A stretch of DNA of 64,000 nt, from positions 1 to 64,000 of IMG/VR virus record IMGVR_UViG_3300013426_000018, one strand, 5' to 3'. Origin of the DNA: a virus (taxonomy: Duplodnaviria; Caudoviricetes). The position numbers and the translations under genes are program-made. The first letter of the stretch is position 1, and every line of letters starts with the position of its first letter. Below the pieces are notes generated by a model. That model had not been told where the DNA came from. It saw nothing but the letters and a program-made list of their open reading frames with translations, and did not search any database. Shown one piece after another: positions 14,824-26,180 of the stretch.

Positions 14824-17800
14824 TAGAACATACTATCGTGTTCAGACTCATGCACAGTATTATGACGATGCAAAGACTGACTACCAGCTTCTTCGATAAT
14901 TTGAATTACAGAGAGGACTTTCTTAGTTTTATCAAATTTAGTATAATCGGGGAAAGCATCCATTGTAAATGTGAAGCTAGAAGGATCGCCAGAAGAAGCC
15001 ATAGTAAAGGTAAAGTTAGACTGAATCTTGCAATTAGGAATAATAAATTCAGCTGGCATATCAACACCATTCTGGTCACGGAATAAAGTAGAAGCCTCAA
15101 GGTAATAGTTACCACCAAATTTATCAGGAGTAATCTCAATCTGACGAGCATTGCCTTCACGGGCAACATAATAATCAACCATTACACTGTCAAAAGAGGG
15201 CAATTCACCTTTAAGTTCATAAATATGATGTTCATCACTTTCGCCTTCAGTTTTTTCAGTGTAAATTTTTGGTAACTTTTTGATAGTGATAACATAACCT
15301 GTTTCAGCTGTTCCAGCAACCTTTGCATGCTCAGGAATATAAGGCTCAGAGACAATTTCACCATTCTTCATAAGCATAACATAAGCATAATTATCGCCTA
15401 AATTATCGGGTAAATAAGGTTCTTCACTTAACTTTACAGTAAAAGACTTTACATCAGCATTAGTTTGATTTTCAGTCAGCTTTGTCTATGCGTCTTCATC
15501 AGAATACAACTCTACGCCACCATTCTTGGCAACAGTTTCAGTCATATGTTGATAAACAGGAGCATCTGGCTTAGCATCGATCAAACCGGCACCAGAAAGA
15601 ATCATAAAACCTTCTGGAGAAATTAGAGCATCCTCCATGGTAAAGGTAACAGTTCTCAAATATCTTTTTAATTTCTTAAAAAGTTAGACTATATCTTCAT
15701 CATAACTCAGCTTGGAGATTTCGAGGAGTTATGACATGTTCCTCACTGTCTCTAATAAATAGAGCACTTAGTCGTTGAAGTTTTTAATTATTATTCGCCA
15801 AAAATCTGAAGTAATTAAAAATTTTTCTAATTCATTAAAATACTAATAAGGAATAATTAGTAGAGGAATTCGATTATTTTCAGCAAAAGTCTATTTAATA
15901 TAATCATGTCGTTGAGTATAAATTAATCTCTCTGGAGTATTCCATTGAGTTCCTCTTGCCGAATAGTGTTGATCTCCATTATTCTCTATTAATCCAATTA
16001 ATTCATTTTCATTATTAAATAGCGCAAAATCAAAAGGGAGAGTGTTTTTATCTTTACAATCTTCAAATCGATATTCTCGTTTAAAAGGAATCTAATATTT
16101 TTCTAAAATCTAAGCCATTAAAGCATTAGCTTTAGAATTTATACAACCACATGAAGTTGTTTCCCCAGAAAATAATCTTTTTCCAAGGACAGTTGCTTTA
16201 TTTCCGCAATCACACTTACAAATATAATAATAATCTTGCCCTTTTAATTCAATATCTTCAATTGTTAATAAACCATGTTTTTCTCCAATGTGATTAGAAG
16301 CATTTTCTTTGAATCTCTTTTTTGTTAATTCTTTCTTTAAACACCCACAACTTTTAGAGCTTCCTTGCTTTAAACTACCTCCGAAAACACTTTTTATTGT
16401 TCCGCATTCACATCTACAAATATAATTTCTTGATTTACTAACATCTTTTTTTAAAACTTCCCATTTTCCAAAATGTAGTCCTAATAAACTTTCTGAGCAA
16501 CTTTTAGAACAAGCCGTGTTAGTTCCATTTATTAAAGCAGTTCCTCTTACTGGTCTAATATTTCCGCACACTTCGCACTTACATAAAAAATATTTAATTC
16601 TATGTTCATTGCTATGGTCAAATTTAATGACCTACCAATGACCAAACTTCATTCCTGGCTAAATCTCACTTGGAGTCATATTTTAAAGTCTCCTTTTTCA
16701 ATAGATTAATAATTAACTTACCTGCGGATTATCTTATAATTTTATTCTTTTTACTATACCAAGGTAATTACTCTTGCCATTATACGCATCACTACTATAA
16801 TTTAGTAAATAAAATCTTCAAGAACTCCCCGCAATTCAAGGAATAGATTCAGAAGGAGACGAACTGAGACCTCTCTTCTCCTTCCCAAGCTACCAGTCGA
16901 GCATTACCACGTCCCAATGTCTTCCATGCGGATCGCTAAACCGCACGCGTTAAACAGCTATACTTTTCTATATATGTATAGTTGAGACTATATCTTAATC
17001 TTTTCAGATTTTAAATATTTCAGCTGCCAAAAGCTTGCAGCTTACTTCCTCACGGAATAGTCGTTGAACATTAATTAAAATTAATATCTTTGGTAAGATA
17101 AGTCCAATTTCTTTTATTTTTAATAGCTGAAATTGTGCTTTTAGAGCAATTATACTTTTTACAAATTTGACTATACGGTGCTCCATTTAATAAATCATTG
17201 ATTATATCAATAACTTGACTTTCTAATAATTTACTTGCTGGATTAGTTTCTCCAATTAAATGAGCAGCTAAGCCAAGCTTTACGGCATGGATTCTATTTT
17301 CTTGATTAGTAACCCATTCTAAGTTATCAATACAATTATTTAATTTATTTCCATCAATATGATTAACTTGAAGTTCTTCAAAATTGTCAATAGGATTAAA
17401 ACATCTCATAACTAATCTATGACGAAAATAAAAACGTTGAGTCCCATCTTTTAAAGTTAAGCAATTTTTTACATAGCCATTTTTTAAAGCATCTTTCATT
17501 TTTTTCTCACCATTATCTGTAAAAAGCTCGCCATTTTTATTAATATAATAACGATCTTTAACTTCCGGTACAAATTTACTAATTTGGACTAATTCCATTA
17601 ATAAAAATCTCCTTCTCTTAATTCTAATTTTTTGCTGCTGATTACCTTATGTGGATTTTTATAAGGCGTTCCAGCAATTAAAATAATTTGCTAATAATAT
17701 TTCTATTATTAGGAGCCAACATTAACCCTAAGCATAAACTGTCGTCGCAGCACCTTCCATACTGGAAGTTTTTAACGTATCAAAATAACACACTGGTTCA

Positions 17801-18098
17801 CCAGCGTAGAAAATCTTGTTGCCGATTTTTTGAGCAGCCTTAGCCTTTAAAACGACATCACAAATTTCTCTTCATAATATAATATTATGGACTATCTCTT
17901 ACTAATGTTCTAGCCATTAGCATATCCATTTGGAACTACGTATCAATAGTAGCCCTACAAAATCGATTAGGATTCCTAGTCTCTACAGCATTTTATTGCC
18001 ACGGGATTCTTACGTTCCCCGTTAGCTTGCTTTAAAAGCAAACCCCTCTGATAAAAGGAAAGGATATGTTAGTGCGAGAGATTCACACCAAATTTCAT
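14823..18098 (-). CDS. Major tail (tube) protein, 344 aa, 4 exons (18098-18085, 17872-17725, 16914-16876, 15656-14823)
   Basis: Spliced product MKFGV|REICDVVLKAK...TVYAQG|GRGNARLVAWEGE|RTVTFTMEDALISP...; exon total 1035 nt; position between neck genes and chaperone/tape measure. Confidence 0.85.
15657..16875 (-). mobile_element. Group I intron 3 of major tail gene (1219 nt) carrying an endonuclease ORF
   Basis: AATTGCGGGG / AATCCGCAGG / TTCAACGACTA / AAGATATAGTCT; terminal G; P10 CAGTTC pairs with 3' exon GAACTG. Confidence 0.88.
15768..16679 (-). CDS. Intron-encoded endonuclease: repeated CxCxCG zinc-binding modules plus Vsr/DUF559-like C-terminal nuclease (303 aa, TAG=Gln)
   Basis: CKCEVCG, CRCECG, CKCDCG, SCGC; C-term LPFDFA...IENNGDQHY...HDYIK; ORF runs into the intron R element. 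Confidence 0.8.
16915..17724 (-). mobile_element. Group I intron 2 of major tail gene (810 nt) with HNH ORF
   Basis: AATTGCTGGAA / AATCAGCAGC / GTTCAACGACTA / AAGATATAGTCT; GGT|TAA 5' site; terminal G. Confidence 0.9.
17071..17598 (-). CDS. Intron-encoded HNH homing endonuclease (175 aa, no TAG)
   Basis: HRLV...QVNHIDGNKLNNCIDNLEWVTNQEN HNH_3-type motif; C-terminal HTH-like segment. Confidence 0.92.
   Translation of the reverse strand: MELVQISKFVPEVKDRYYINKNGELFTDNGEKKMKDALKNGYVKNCLTLKDGTQRFYFRHRLVMRCFNPIDNFEELQVNHIDGNKLNNCIDNLEWVTNQENRIHAVKLGLAAHLIGETNPASKLLESQVIDIINDLLNGAPYSQICKKYNCSKSTISAIKNKRNWTYLTKDINFN
17873..18084 (-). ncRNA. Group I intron 1 of major tail gene (212 nt, ORF-less, second subtype)
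   Basis: GCTAACGGGGAA / AATCCCGTGG / TGTAGAGACTA / AAGAGATAGTCC; P1 GGTGT:GCACT; follows a 14-nt first coding exon. Confidence 0.88.
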
Positions 18099-18114
18099 AT
18101 GTGTTTTATCCTCC

Positions 18115-18897
18115 TTATAGAATAAACTTATTTTTTTTCCTCTATAAAAATAACTCGGGGTTATTTTTGTACATATATTGACCCAACCGGCAAGTATCTT
18201 TTTTCCCAAACTTCAAAGAGCAACAAGAATCATCAAAACTTCCACCTTCAATACCTGCTTCTTCTTTTAAAATTTTTAATAACTTAATTAAAAATTTCTT
18301 ACTTCCACAAGTAAAGGCTGAGTTTAAACGATTATTCTTTAACTGCATAACACAGCCATCTCCATCAAAATAACCTCGAATGAAATCAGGTAAATATTCT
18401 TTGGGAACATTAGGAAAATCTAAAGATAAACTTTTTCTTTCCATACCGCCGAGGGAAACAATATCATCATAAATTACTTTACAACTAAAATTAATACGAG
18501 AAGACTATCTATCAACAGAGTCATATAAATTTCCTTCAAACTGTAATTCTTCCGCAATTTTCTTCAATATATATTTATCTTTTTTATGTAAAGTAATATC
18601 AAACATTCGCCCATTATAAATATAACCATTTGCAAACCAAAAGCCCAAAATATAAGACATATTATTAGACCATGTTTTAAAATAATCTTGATTAATATTA
18701 TATTTACGCAAATTGCTTGACTAAATTCTTGATTTTTCTGACTAAGATATTTTTTTTACTAAACAGTTATTTCTATTACAAAATGAATAAATCTAACTTT
18801 TAGTATACTATCCATCAAAAAAATCAACCCATTGTGGCAAAGTTTTACTATTGCTCTAAGACAATAGAAGCTCCTTGTGTTCCGGTAATATTGGCAT
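18115..18897 (-). CDS. Free-standing double-motif LAGLIDADG endonuclease (260 aa, TAG=Gln)
   Basis: YILGFWFANG and FIRGYFDGDG motifs; track ORFs 18505-18711 and 18142-18444 joined via TAG; no flanking intron core found. Confidence 0.88.
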
Positions 18898-18912
18898 ATT
18901 ACACTTCCTCTA

Positions 18913-19647
18913 TTAATGTAAATTTTTCATCCAATTCTCAGGATGTTTGTCAGGTTTACCACCTGCTAAGCGAGAACGAATATCAATATCCCAATCAACA
19001 TATAATCCATATCTTTCTATTAAATCATATAACTAAAATAAAGTATAATTCTTTAATTCATTTAAAGAAATATGTAATCCAATAGTAAGAATAGACAAGT
19101 ATTGAGTTAAAGTACTACTATTAGAACCACCTTTTTCTTTAGCGATTCTATCTCGTCCACGCATCAATTTCTAAGCAATCTCTTTCGCTTTATCTCCTTG
19201 CGGATTAAAAGATTGCTAATCCATAGGCCCATTCTTTGAACAAAAAACAAGCCTAAGAATATTCTAAAAATAATCAAAATTATTTTCATCAATAGTAATA
19301 TTTCCATCAGATGACATTAAAGCCAAAGACCTTGGAGTAAATAACGCTTTATATTTAGGCAATAATAACTATAAAGTCTAAATTGTAGCATTTTTTTTAT
19401 CTTTGGCTTTTTCATCCTACATTACCATCATAAATATCTAAAAGTTTGTTATATCGACTAAAGCTTCTTTGCCCTCAACAACAAACATATTCTTATTTAA
19501 AGTTAAGCACTATGCCCCTGTAAAATAAATATTTTCACCAATTAAAGATATTTCCATAATAGTTGGCTAATGAACAATAATAGTACATTCTGGAACAGGC
19601 AAATCTGTTCCGCATATCATAGCTAATCTATAATCAATATCATTCAT
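18913..19647 (-). CDS. Hypothetical neck/tail-region protein (244 aa, TAG=Gln)
   Basis: Continuous frame when TAG is read through (MNDIDYRLAMICGTDLPVPEC...WMKNLH); missing from the ORF track. Confidence 0.75.
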
Positions 19648-20224
19648 CTGGGGCATTTAAATCTTCCCAATCTTTTAAGAATTGTTTTTCATCAGCCGGA
19701 TTGGGCATAAACTTTTTATCTTCTCCACCATGAACTGCTTCATATAATAAGCAAATACCAGAATAATTATTATTTAAAAGAATCTATCCAGCAGTAGCAA
19801 ATTGAAGCTTTCCAATACCAGTTAAACGCTAATTATTAAATAACGAATCTATTTCTGCTGCAATCTTATATGGCCGCAAAGAAAAATCTTTTAATTGCCA
19901 CTAATCAAAATGACAAATTATATCAAATTCAATTAAATTATTTCTAAATTGAGGATTTTCACTAGTCTCAAAATTATCAAAACTAATAAGAATATAATTT
20001 AAATATTCTTTATCAATATATAATTTAGGAACAATCTTAATATTCTTACCAATCAATTCTAAAGACTAATCTTCTGTTAAATTTGGTCTATCAAGAGCAT
20101 CCTTAGAATTATAATATAATAGTCTTTTTAATCTCTCATCTTTAAGCATTTTACTAACTATAAGATTCATATCTTTTTCAACTGATAAAAAACTTGATTC
20201 AGGCTATGGCGATTTTATAAACAT
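19640..20224 (-). CDS. Probable tail completion/terminator-type protein (194 aa, TAG=Gln)
   Basis: Open frame with TAG readthrough (FDIICHFDQWQLKDFSLRPYKIAAEID); function from gene order. Confidence 0.6.
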
Positions 20225-20242
20225 TCCTTTTTCTCCTTTCTA

Positions 20243-21376
20243 TTAAAATAATGATTCTACTACAATTGTCTTCTTGTAATCAAGTAGCGGCCCATCGGCA
20301 TCTCCGAACCACAAATCAAACTACCCACTATAAGAAGAATTCCACTTTATTTTAATAGAATTCTTACCTTCTTCGTCCTCAAAAGGTTCCATAATAATAG
20401 GAAACTTCTTATTAGAAACGTACCAATTACCATATAAAGAACTATTAATAGAATAAGTATAGGTCTTTTTAGGCTTAATAAATGTTTCTCCAATAATTTC
20501 CTATTTTTCATCCCCATTTGGGTCAATTGGTTTAGTAATTAAACTTCCAACGATTCCATTTTCTAAATCATCTTCAGTTTCATTAGCATAATACTCAGTA
20601 GCATTAACTTCAAGTATTCCAGGAGAAGAAATAGAATCAATTGCTTCAACTCTCCAACAAACATTATCCTCTCCTTCAACTAATCCTTGTAAATAAAATT
20701 TACTATATCTTTTAAATTTTTTTAATGTTGCTGTATTTTTAGGCATTAAAATATTTAAAGAATAATTAGGATTATCAATACTAATACCATGCTTCTAAAT
20801 ATAATCAATCTTAGTTTCCACTGGACCTCTTAAAGCAATATAGGTGCGCTGCCGTATTCCATTTTCATCATCCCATTGAATCTCATAAGAACATCTACGA
20901 ATATCTGCTCTAAAATAAGCTAATTCAGTTAAATCCTATAAATAAATTAACCAATAAGTCCCAGTATTACACCATTCAAAAATATCACCTGTCTTAAAAC
21001 CATTTTCTAACCCAGTAGAAAGAATCTTTTCATCATAATCAGCCTTAAGCTTATTAGGATTTATAAGTGCGCGGACAGGATCAGACTCTTTTATACCTTC
21101 CATAGAAGGCATAAAATCATATATCTATTTTTTAATTAAAGCTCCCTAATAAGAATATAAGGTAGCTCTATCTAGTGAACGTCTTTTATCTTTAATCATG
21201 CGGTCTTGCTAAGCAAAACCACCTCGTGCGGTTAACTATTTTGACATATCCGTGGCTCCTTGAACAGTGCTTTCATTATATTTTGGCATTCCTAAATTGC
21301 CCATACGATTAAACATTAACCGCATAGAACTGTTACTACCTTTAAAAAAAGGATATAATTCTTCAAAATCAGACAT
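20243..21376 (-). CDS. Probable head closure/neck protein (377 aa, TAG=Gln)
   Basis: In frame with track ORF 20501-20746; function from gene order. Confidence 0.6.
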
Positions 21377-21674
21377 CTTTACATCCTGCCAATAAAGCTA
21401 TAACTTCAAAGACTGTTTTTCTAAAGAGCTAAAAATCAATATTTTCTTCAATCTTTAACCCTTCTAGTTTAGATAGAATCTATAAATATTCAATCTTGTG
21501 TAAGAAAATTTCATCTAAACCAACAATCTCTAAAAGTACTGTTTCAAGCTACTTCTGCCAGTCTTCTTCATTCTCCCGCATTGGAATTAATTTCCAAATC
21601 TAATTAGTTAAACGCATTACGTTTTTATTAATAACTTCTTTTGAAAATTCTATATCATATTTATTCATCATCAT
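21369..21674 (-). CDS. Hypothetical neck-region protein (~100 aa, TAG=Gln)
   Basis: Open frame overlapping both neighbours (RLTNQIWKLIPMRENEEDWQKQLETV). Confidence 0.7.
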
Positions 21675-23517
21675 CTATTGGTTGGCGTAATATAGACCAA
21701 TTCGATTTATAAACGCCATCCTTTCCTGTTTTTCTACGTTTATATAAACGCTACATATGATGAGACTAACGCTAGCATTCATTAAGCAAGCTAATCATCT
21801 TAGATAAATGATTGGCTTGGCTAGTCATTTTAAAATCGGCTATAACAAAATTATTAACGTTATGGCTTTTTATCCATAACTTCTAACTTTTTATTTCAAG
21901 TTAGCTTGGCATATCTTTTCATCCTTGTGGGATGCTTAGTCTCGTGGGAGTTATTATCTTTGAGTTTCTTTTAATATTTCAAAATAATGATTTTGTTTTC
22001 TTTTTAATGCTAAATAATTATGATTGTAAAATAATTCTCCAAGACGTAGACTATTTTTTTTGAAATAAATAATCTAATAAGCTTCATGGCTTCTACCTAT
22101 CGTTGGAATCGGAAAGTTATATTTTTTATTTAAATATTTTCCTAAATCTTCTAAAAACTCTTTATTGGCACTAACAATAGACATTGAAACTTTATTATCA
22201 TTACCACCTATTATGCTTCCATCTCCATCAAAATATCCTCTAATATAATCAATCATATATTCATCAGGAAGATTATAAGGCAAAGATTTTATTTTAAAAG
22301 TCTTATTATTTACAATCCCATATTTTTCAGCATTTTTTCTAATTTCTTTAGAATTAAAAGTTAGAGAAGAAGCAGGAGATTCTCCACTATAAAATTGATA
22401 AATTGGTCCAGTGTATCCTAATTCTTCCTTTATACGATAAAGTATTTCTTCGTCTTTTCTAGCAAGTGTTAATACAATTCTGTTTCTGGCTCCTCGCGTA
22501 TCAGGTAAATATCCATCAGCAGCTAAAAAGCCTAAAATATAAGCACCATTATGACTTTCAAATACATAGTTATCATTAATTTGATATTTTCTAAGATCTA
22601 CTTCATCATCTGGCTTTGCTTTGATAGCTTCATAAAAATTTCTTAATTCTATATCATTATCTTTTAAAACTCTTCTAACTTTATCAGCGCAGAAAAGTCT
22701 ACCCATCTATTTTGAAATATAATTCAAACCGTATCCTTGTTTGTATAACTCAACAATTTTTTGCTATTCTTGTTCATCAATAATTTCCTTTTTTCGGCCA
22801 CCTTTTTTTGCCCCAGGATTAGACCGAATGATACATTTATTTTCTTCTAAAACTCTTTTTATAACAGAATCGCCAAAAGGTGTATTAAGCTAAACGCAGA
22901 TATCTTTTCGTGTCATTCCATTGTTGTACAAATTTACGATTTGATTTTGTAGCTCTTGTGGAACTATAATTTTACTCATTAAGTTTTATCCTCCTATGCT
23001 CTGTGCGTGTCTTGACTTTTAAATCAAGACTTCCGCTCTGATTCCCATCTCAGGGTTCCAGTTTTTTACTAAGATTTTGATAATTATTACTAATTAAAAA
23101 GGCCCGATTTGACCCAGTATATTTCATACGCGTATTTTCAATAGAAGTTACTTGTCGCTAAACCCATGCGCACATCATCAAAATAGCTAAAATATTTATT
23201 TCTTCTGAGGTAAGTTCTACCTCAAAATTAGAGTGTTCTATAACCACTTTCGGAGGTTTTCCATCTTCTCCATCGGGTGTTTCATTCCATAACATACCTA
23301 TAATAAAATCAGAGGTTTGAACTTCATCTTCGCCCTTAACCTCTGATTCAAGTGTATAATTATATAAATCACATCGAGGGAACTCAAACCCAGGAATTGC
23401 ATCAATTAACATATTGCGCAAGTCCCTAATTGTATCCTGTGGAGTTAATTCAACATACATATCATCGGTAACTTTACCGAGAAAGCGATTATAGATTTCT
23501 GTGAAAGGAGTTCCCAT
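21661..23517 (-). CDS. Probable head-tail adaptor, 194 aa, 2 exons (23517-23112, 21839-21661)
   Basis: Spliced ...IENTRMKYTG(S)DFKMTSQANHL...; exon total 585 nt. Confidence 0.75.
21840..23111 (-). mobile_element. Group I intron (1272 nt, third subtype) with LAGLIDADG ORF
   Basis: P1 GGGT:GCCT; CCCACGAGAC ... AAGATATGCC core; terminal G; removal restores frame. Confidence 0.85.
21954..22979 (-). CDS. Intron-encoded LAGLIDADG homing endonuclease with N-terminal HTH-like repeats (341 aa, TAG=Gln)
   Basis: YILGFLAADG and YIRGYFDGDG motifs; own GGAGG RBS. Confidence 0.9.
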
Positions 23518-23540
23518 CTATAATCTCTCCTTTTTAAAAA

Positions 23541-24116
23541 TTACTTAGTTTCAGATTCAGTAGAAATTACATTATACTTAGGAGTAGTAGTCCTACGGCC
23601 TGGCTCAACAGTGTAAGCCTCCTTTTGAACTCTGCGTTTAGGAGTATCATCAGCTACGACGTCGTCCTCATGCTCTTCCATAACATGTCTGAGAGCTGCA
23701 TCAATATCAAAACCAATCTTATTCTTTAAAGCAAGACGCTTGTTCATATCAGTTAAAGGAATAGAAACACTTAACTGTTTAATAAGATCAATCACACCAG
23801 GAGGAGCGAAATCCAGACAATCTAAAAATTCATCGACAGAACCTTCTTTAATAAGCTTAATAACGTCTTCCTCATTCATAAAGTATTCGGGTTCAGTATG
23901 AATACCAGTCTTTTTTAGCTCTTCTTCGTCAAGAATCTGTAAAAAATTACTAAGAATCGCAAGACCGCCGGGCTGATAAGTCAATTTTTCTAACTCAGTA
24001 GTAGAAATCTCTTTAACTTCACCAGGAGCAAAAGAACGTCTTACGCCCAACTCAGGAATACGATATACAGCAATTCCTGCACTTCTGTTTTTAATTTTAC
24101 AAGTTTCCTTAGCCAT
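23541..24116 (-). CDS. Hypothetical protein following major capsid (191 aa)
   Basis: Intact track ORF with AAGGAG RBS. Confidence 0.85.
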   Translation of the reverse strand: MAKETCKIKNRSAGIAVYRIPELGVRRSFAPGEVKEISTTELEKLTYQPGGLAILSNFLQILDEEELKKTGIHTEPEYFMNEEDVIKLIKEGSVDEFLDCLDFAPPGVIDLIKQLSVSIPLTDMNKRLALKNKIGFDIDAALRHVMEEHEDDVVADDTPKRRVQKEAYTVEPGRRTTTPKYNVISTESETK

Positions 24117-24146
24117 ATTTAATTTTTCTCCTTTTTCTCAAAAATA

Positions 24147-24182
24147 AAATAAAGGGAGTAGGGAGAATTCCCCTACTCCCTT
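24147..24182 (-). terminator. Intrinsic terminator after major capsid gene
   Basis: AAGGGAGTAGGG...CCCTACTCCCTT then T-rich run. Confidence 0.8.
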
Positions 24183-24202
24183 GAAATAATTTATATCTTA
24201 AA

Positions 24203-25306
24203 TTAAGTGGTTGAAGTCTTGTAAGACATATCAATGAAGGAAGTGCTATCCCAGTGGGTTCCCTTCAAATTATAATTACCAGCAAGGCTTAAATCGCAAT
24301 AAGCACAAATATTATTAGCCATCATGCAAGTCACGCCAACCTTACGATAAACCTAAATTTCACGGCTCCAGTCAGCATTTTGATGCTCCTTGGTCTGAGT
24401 AGTACCCTCAAGAGCAATCTTCACAGGCTTAGTATCAGCACCAGAAGGAATGATATAGCAATAGCCAGGATCAGTGCTACGACGAGTATTAGTTTCATCC
24501 TCAATGCCATCAGGCAGGATAACAACAGTGCGACCCTTATAAGTAGCCAGATGGCCAGTGTCCCATAACTGTTGCTTCATAGCTTCAGTATAACGCCAGC
24601 CTTCAGCAGGCACCATCTTAACGGCAAATTCATAATTACAATAAATAGTAGGAGTGCCATAAGCAGAAGCGATCACCAGTAAACGATCAAATTCTTCCTC
24701 GTCAAAGCCAGTGGCGACAACAACATTAGCAGGAGGGAGCTGGTTCACAGCAGCCTACATGGCATGGGCGACTTCCTTAACTAGAAGCTCATCCATACCG
24801 GACATAACGACATCAATCAGATCAGCCCAATCAACACGACCATCCAGGAATTCCTCAAAACCAATCTGGGCAGCAGCCACCATGGCAGAAGTAGGAACTT
24901 CAAAAGCTTCATTCTCATTATAGCCAAGCTTAAAAACTTCGTACTTGCCAGCAAGAGTACCACGAGTCACAAACTGCTTAGCACGCACACGATTATCTCT
25001 CTTGCGTCTAAAGAGGGGCTTATCGCCCTAGGCGAACTGCTTAGTCTCAGCAAACTGAGAATAAGTTCTCTCCACCTTCTTGGGCAAGACATCGTCAATA
25101 GTCTACTCAATAACTTCAAATAAAATTTCCTTATTTTTTCTATAATCGGCATTAGTGCCAACATACTCATTCAACTCACGACGAAGAGCTTCATTCATCT
25201 CAGCATAAGAGAAGTTTTCACCATTAAAGCTATAAGAAATAGGAGCAGAACGATCAGCACGAGCCACTTGCTTAGCAAGAGCAATTAAATTATTCTTATC
25301 TAACAT
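24203..25306 (-). CDS. Major capsid protein (367 aa, four in-frame TAG)
   Basis: Track ORFs 25103-25306, 24755-24988 and 24353-24748 are one frame; size, biased codon usage, position after portal/protease/decoration, and downstream terminator. Confidence 0.85.
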
Positions 25307-25330
25307 AATTTTCTTATCTCCTTTCCCTTA

Positions 25331-26161
25331 TTACTGAATACGCTGTAGCTTAACGCCACGCTGATGATCAGGAACAGTATAAACCTTAACAACTTTCCAA
25401 ATCATATCGCCAGAACCCGCACAAGTAGCAGTTGCTTCAGCGACTTTGGTCTTGGTCAGAATACCTTTTTCACCGACATATAGTTTGTCACCAAGAGCTA
25501 GTTCAGTTTCATTAATCATATTGGTGGTATAAAGATCACCCACATCAGTCTTTAATAAACGAGGGAACATTGAAGTGCCAGCCTTCATTTCCTTCTCACG
25601 ATAAGAACGAAGACGCATAAACAGAACCTGAGCAGGATCAGTACTATTAATATCATCCATTTCCCAATAATCGGGCACATCAGAAGCAACCTTATAGTCA
25701 GGAACTTCAAACCCCTCACCAGTGCCAGGAGTATGAACAACCTTGCCATCCTTGACTTCAGTCTTCACGCCAATAGCATTGGGATTATTACCCTGCCAAA
25801 AACGAGTGGGACCATAAGAATCATCAGTAGTACCCTCATCAACAGGGCTATAAACACGGGCATTATAATTGCCCTTAATCATAGCAAATTCACAATCTCT
25901 CTGGAATTCACGATACAGCTTAATCTCATTGAAGACCAACATCCACTCGCCATCTCCAGTAAAGTTAACTTCACCATTCTCATAATCATATTTGGCAAAC
26001 TGGCCCTGCTCAAGAATCTTAATATCCTTATTAGCGGGAAGCTGCCCATAGATCTTGCCATTATATTGAGCAGACAGATGATTAGGCTCAACTTGACCAT
26101 ATCCTACTTCAGGATATTTGGCCTGAGACTTAATCTTACTCTGTAAAAAATCTCTAAGCAT
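25331..26161 (-). CDS. Probable capsid decoration/structural protein (276 aa)
   Basis: Intact ORF between scaffold and capsid; AGGAGG RBS. Confidence 0.65.
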   Translation of the reverse strand: MLRDFLQSKIKSQAKYPEVGYGQVEPNHLSAQYNGKIYGQLPANKDIKILEQGQFAKYDYENGEVNFTGDGEWMLVFNEIKLYREFQRDCEFAMIKGNYNARVYSPVDEGTTDDSYGPTRFWQGNNPNAIGVKTEVKDGKVVHTPGTGEGFEVPDYKVASDVPDYWEMDDINSTDPAQVLFMRLRSYREKEMKAGTSMFPRLLKTDVGDLYTTNMINETELALGDKLYVGEKGILTKTKVAEATATCAGSGDMIWKVVKVYTVPDHQRGVKLQRIQ

Positions 26162-26180
26162 TTAATCTTTTCCTCCTTAA

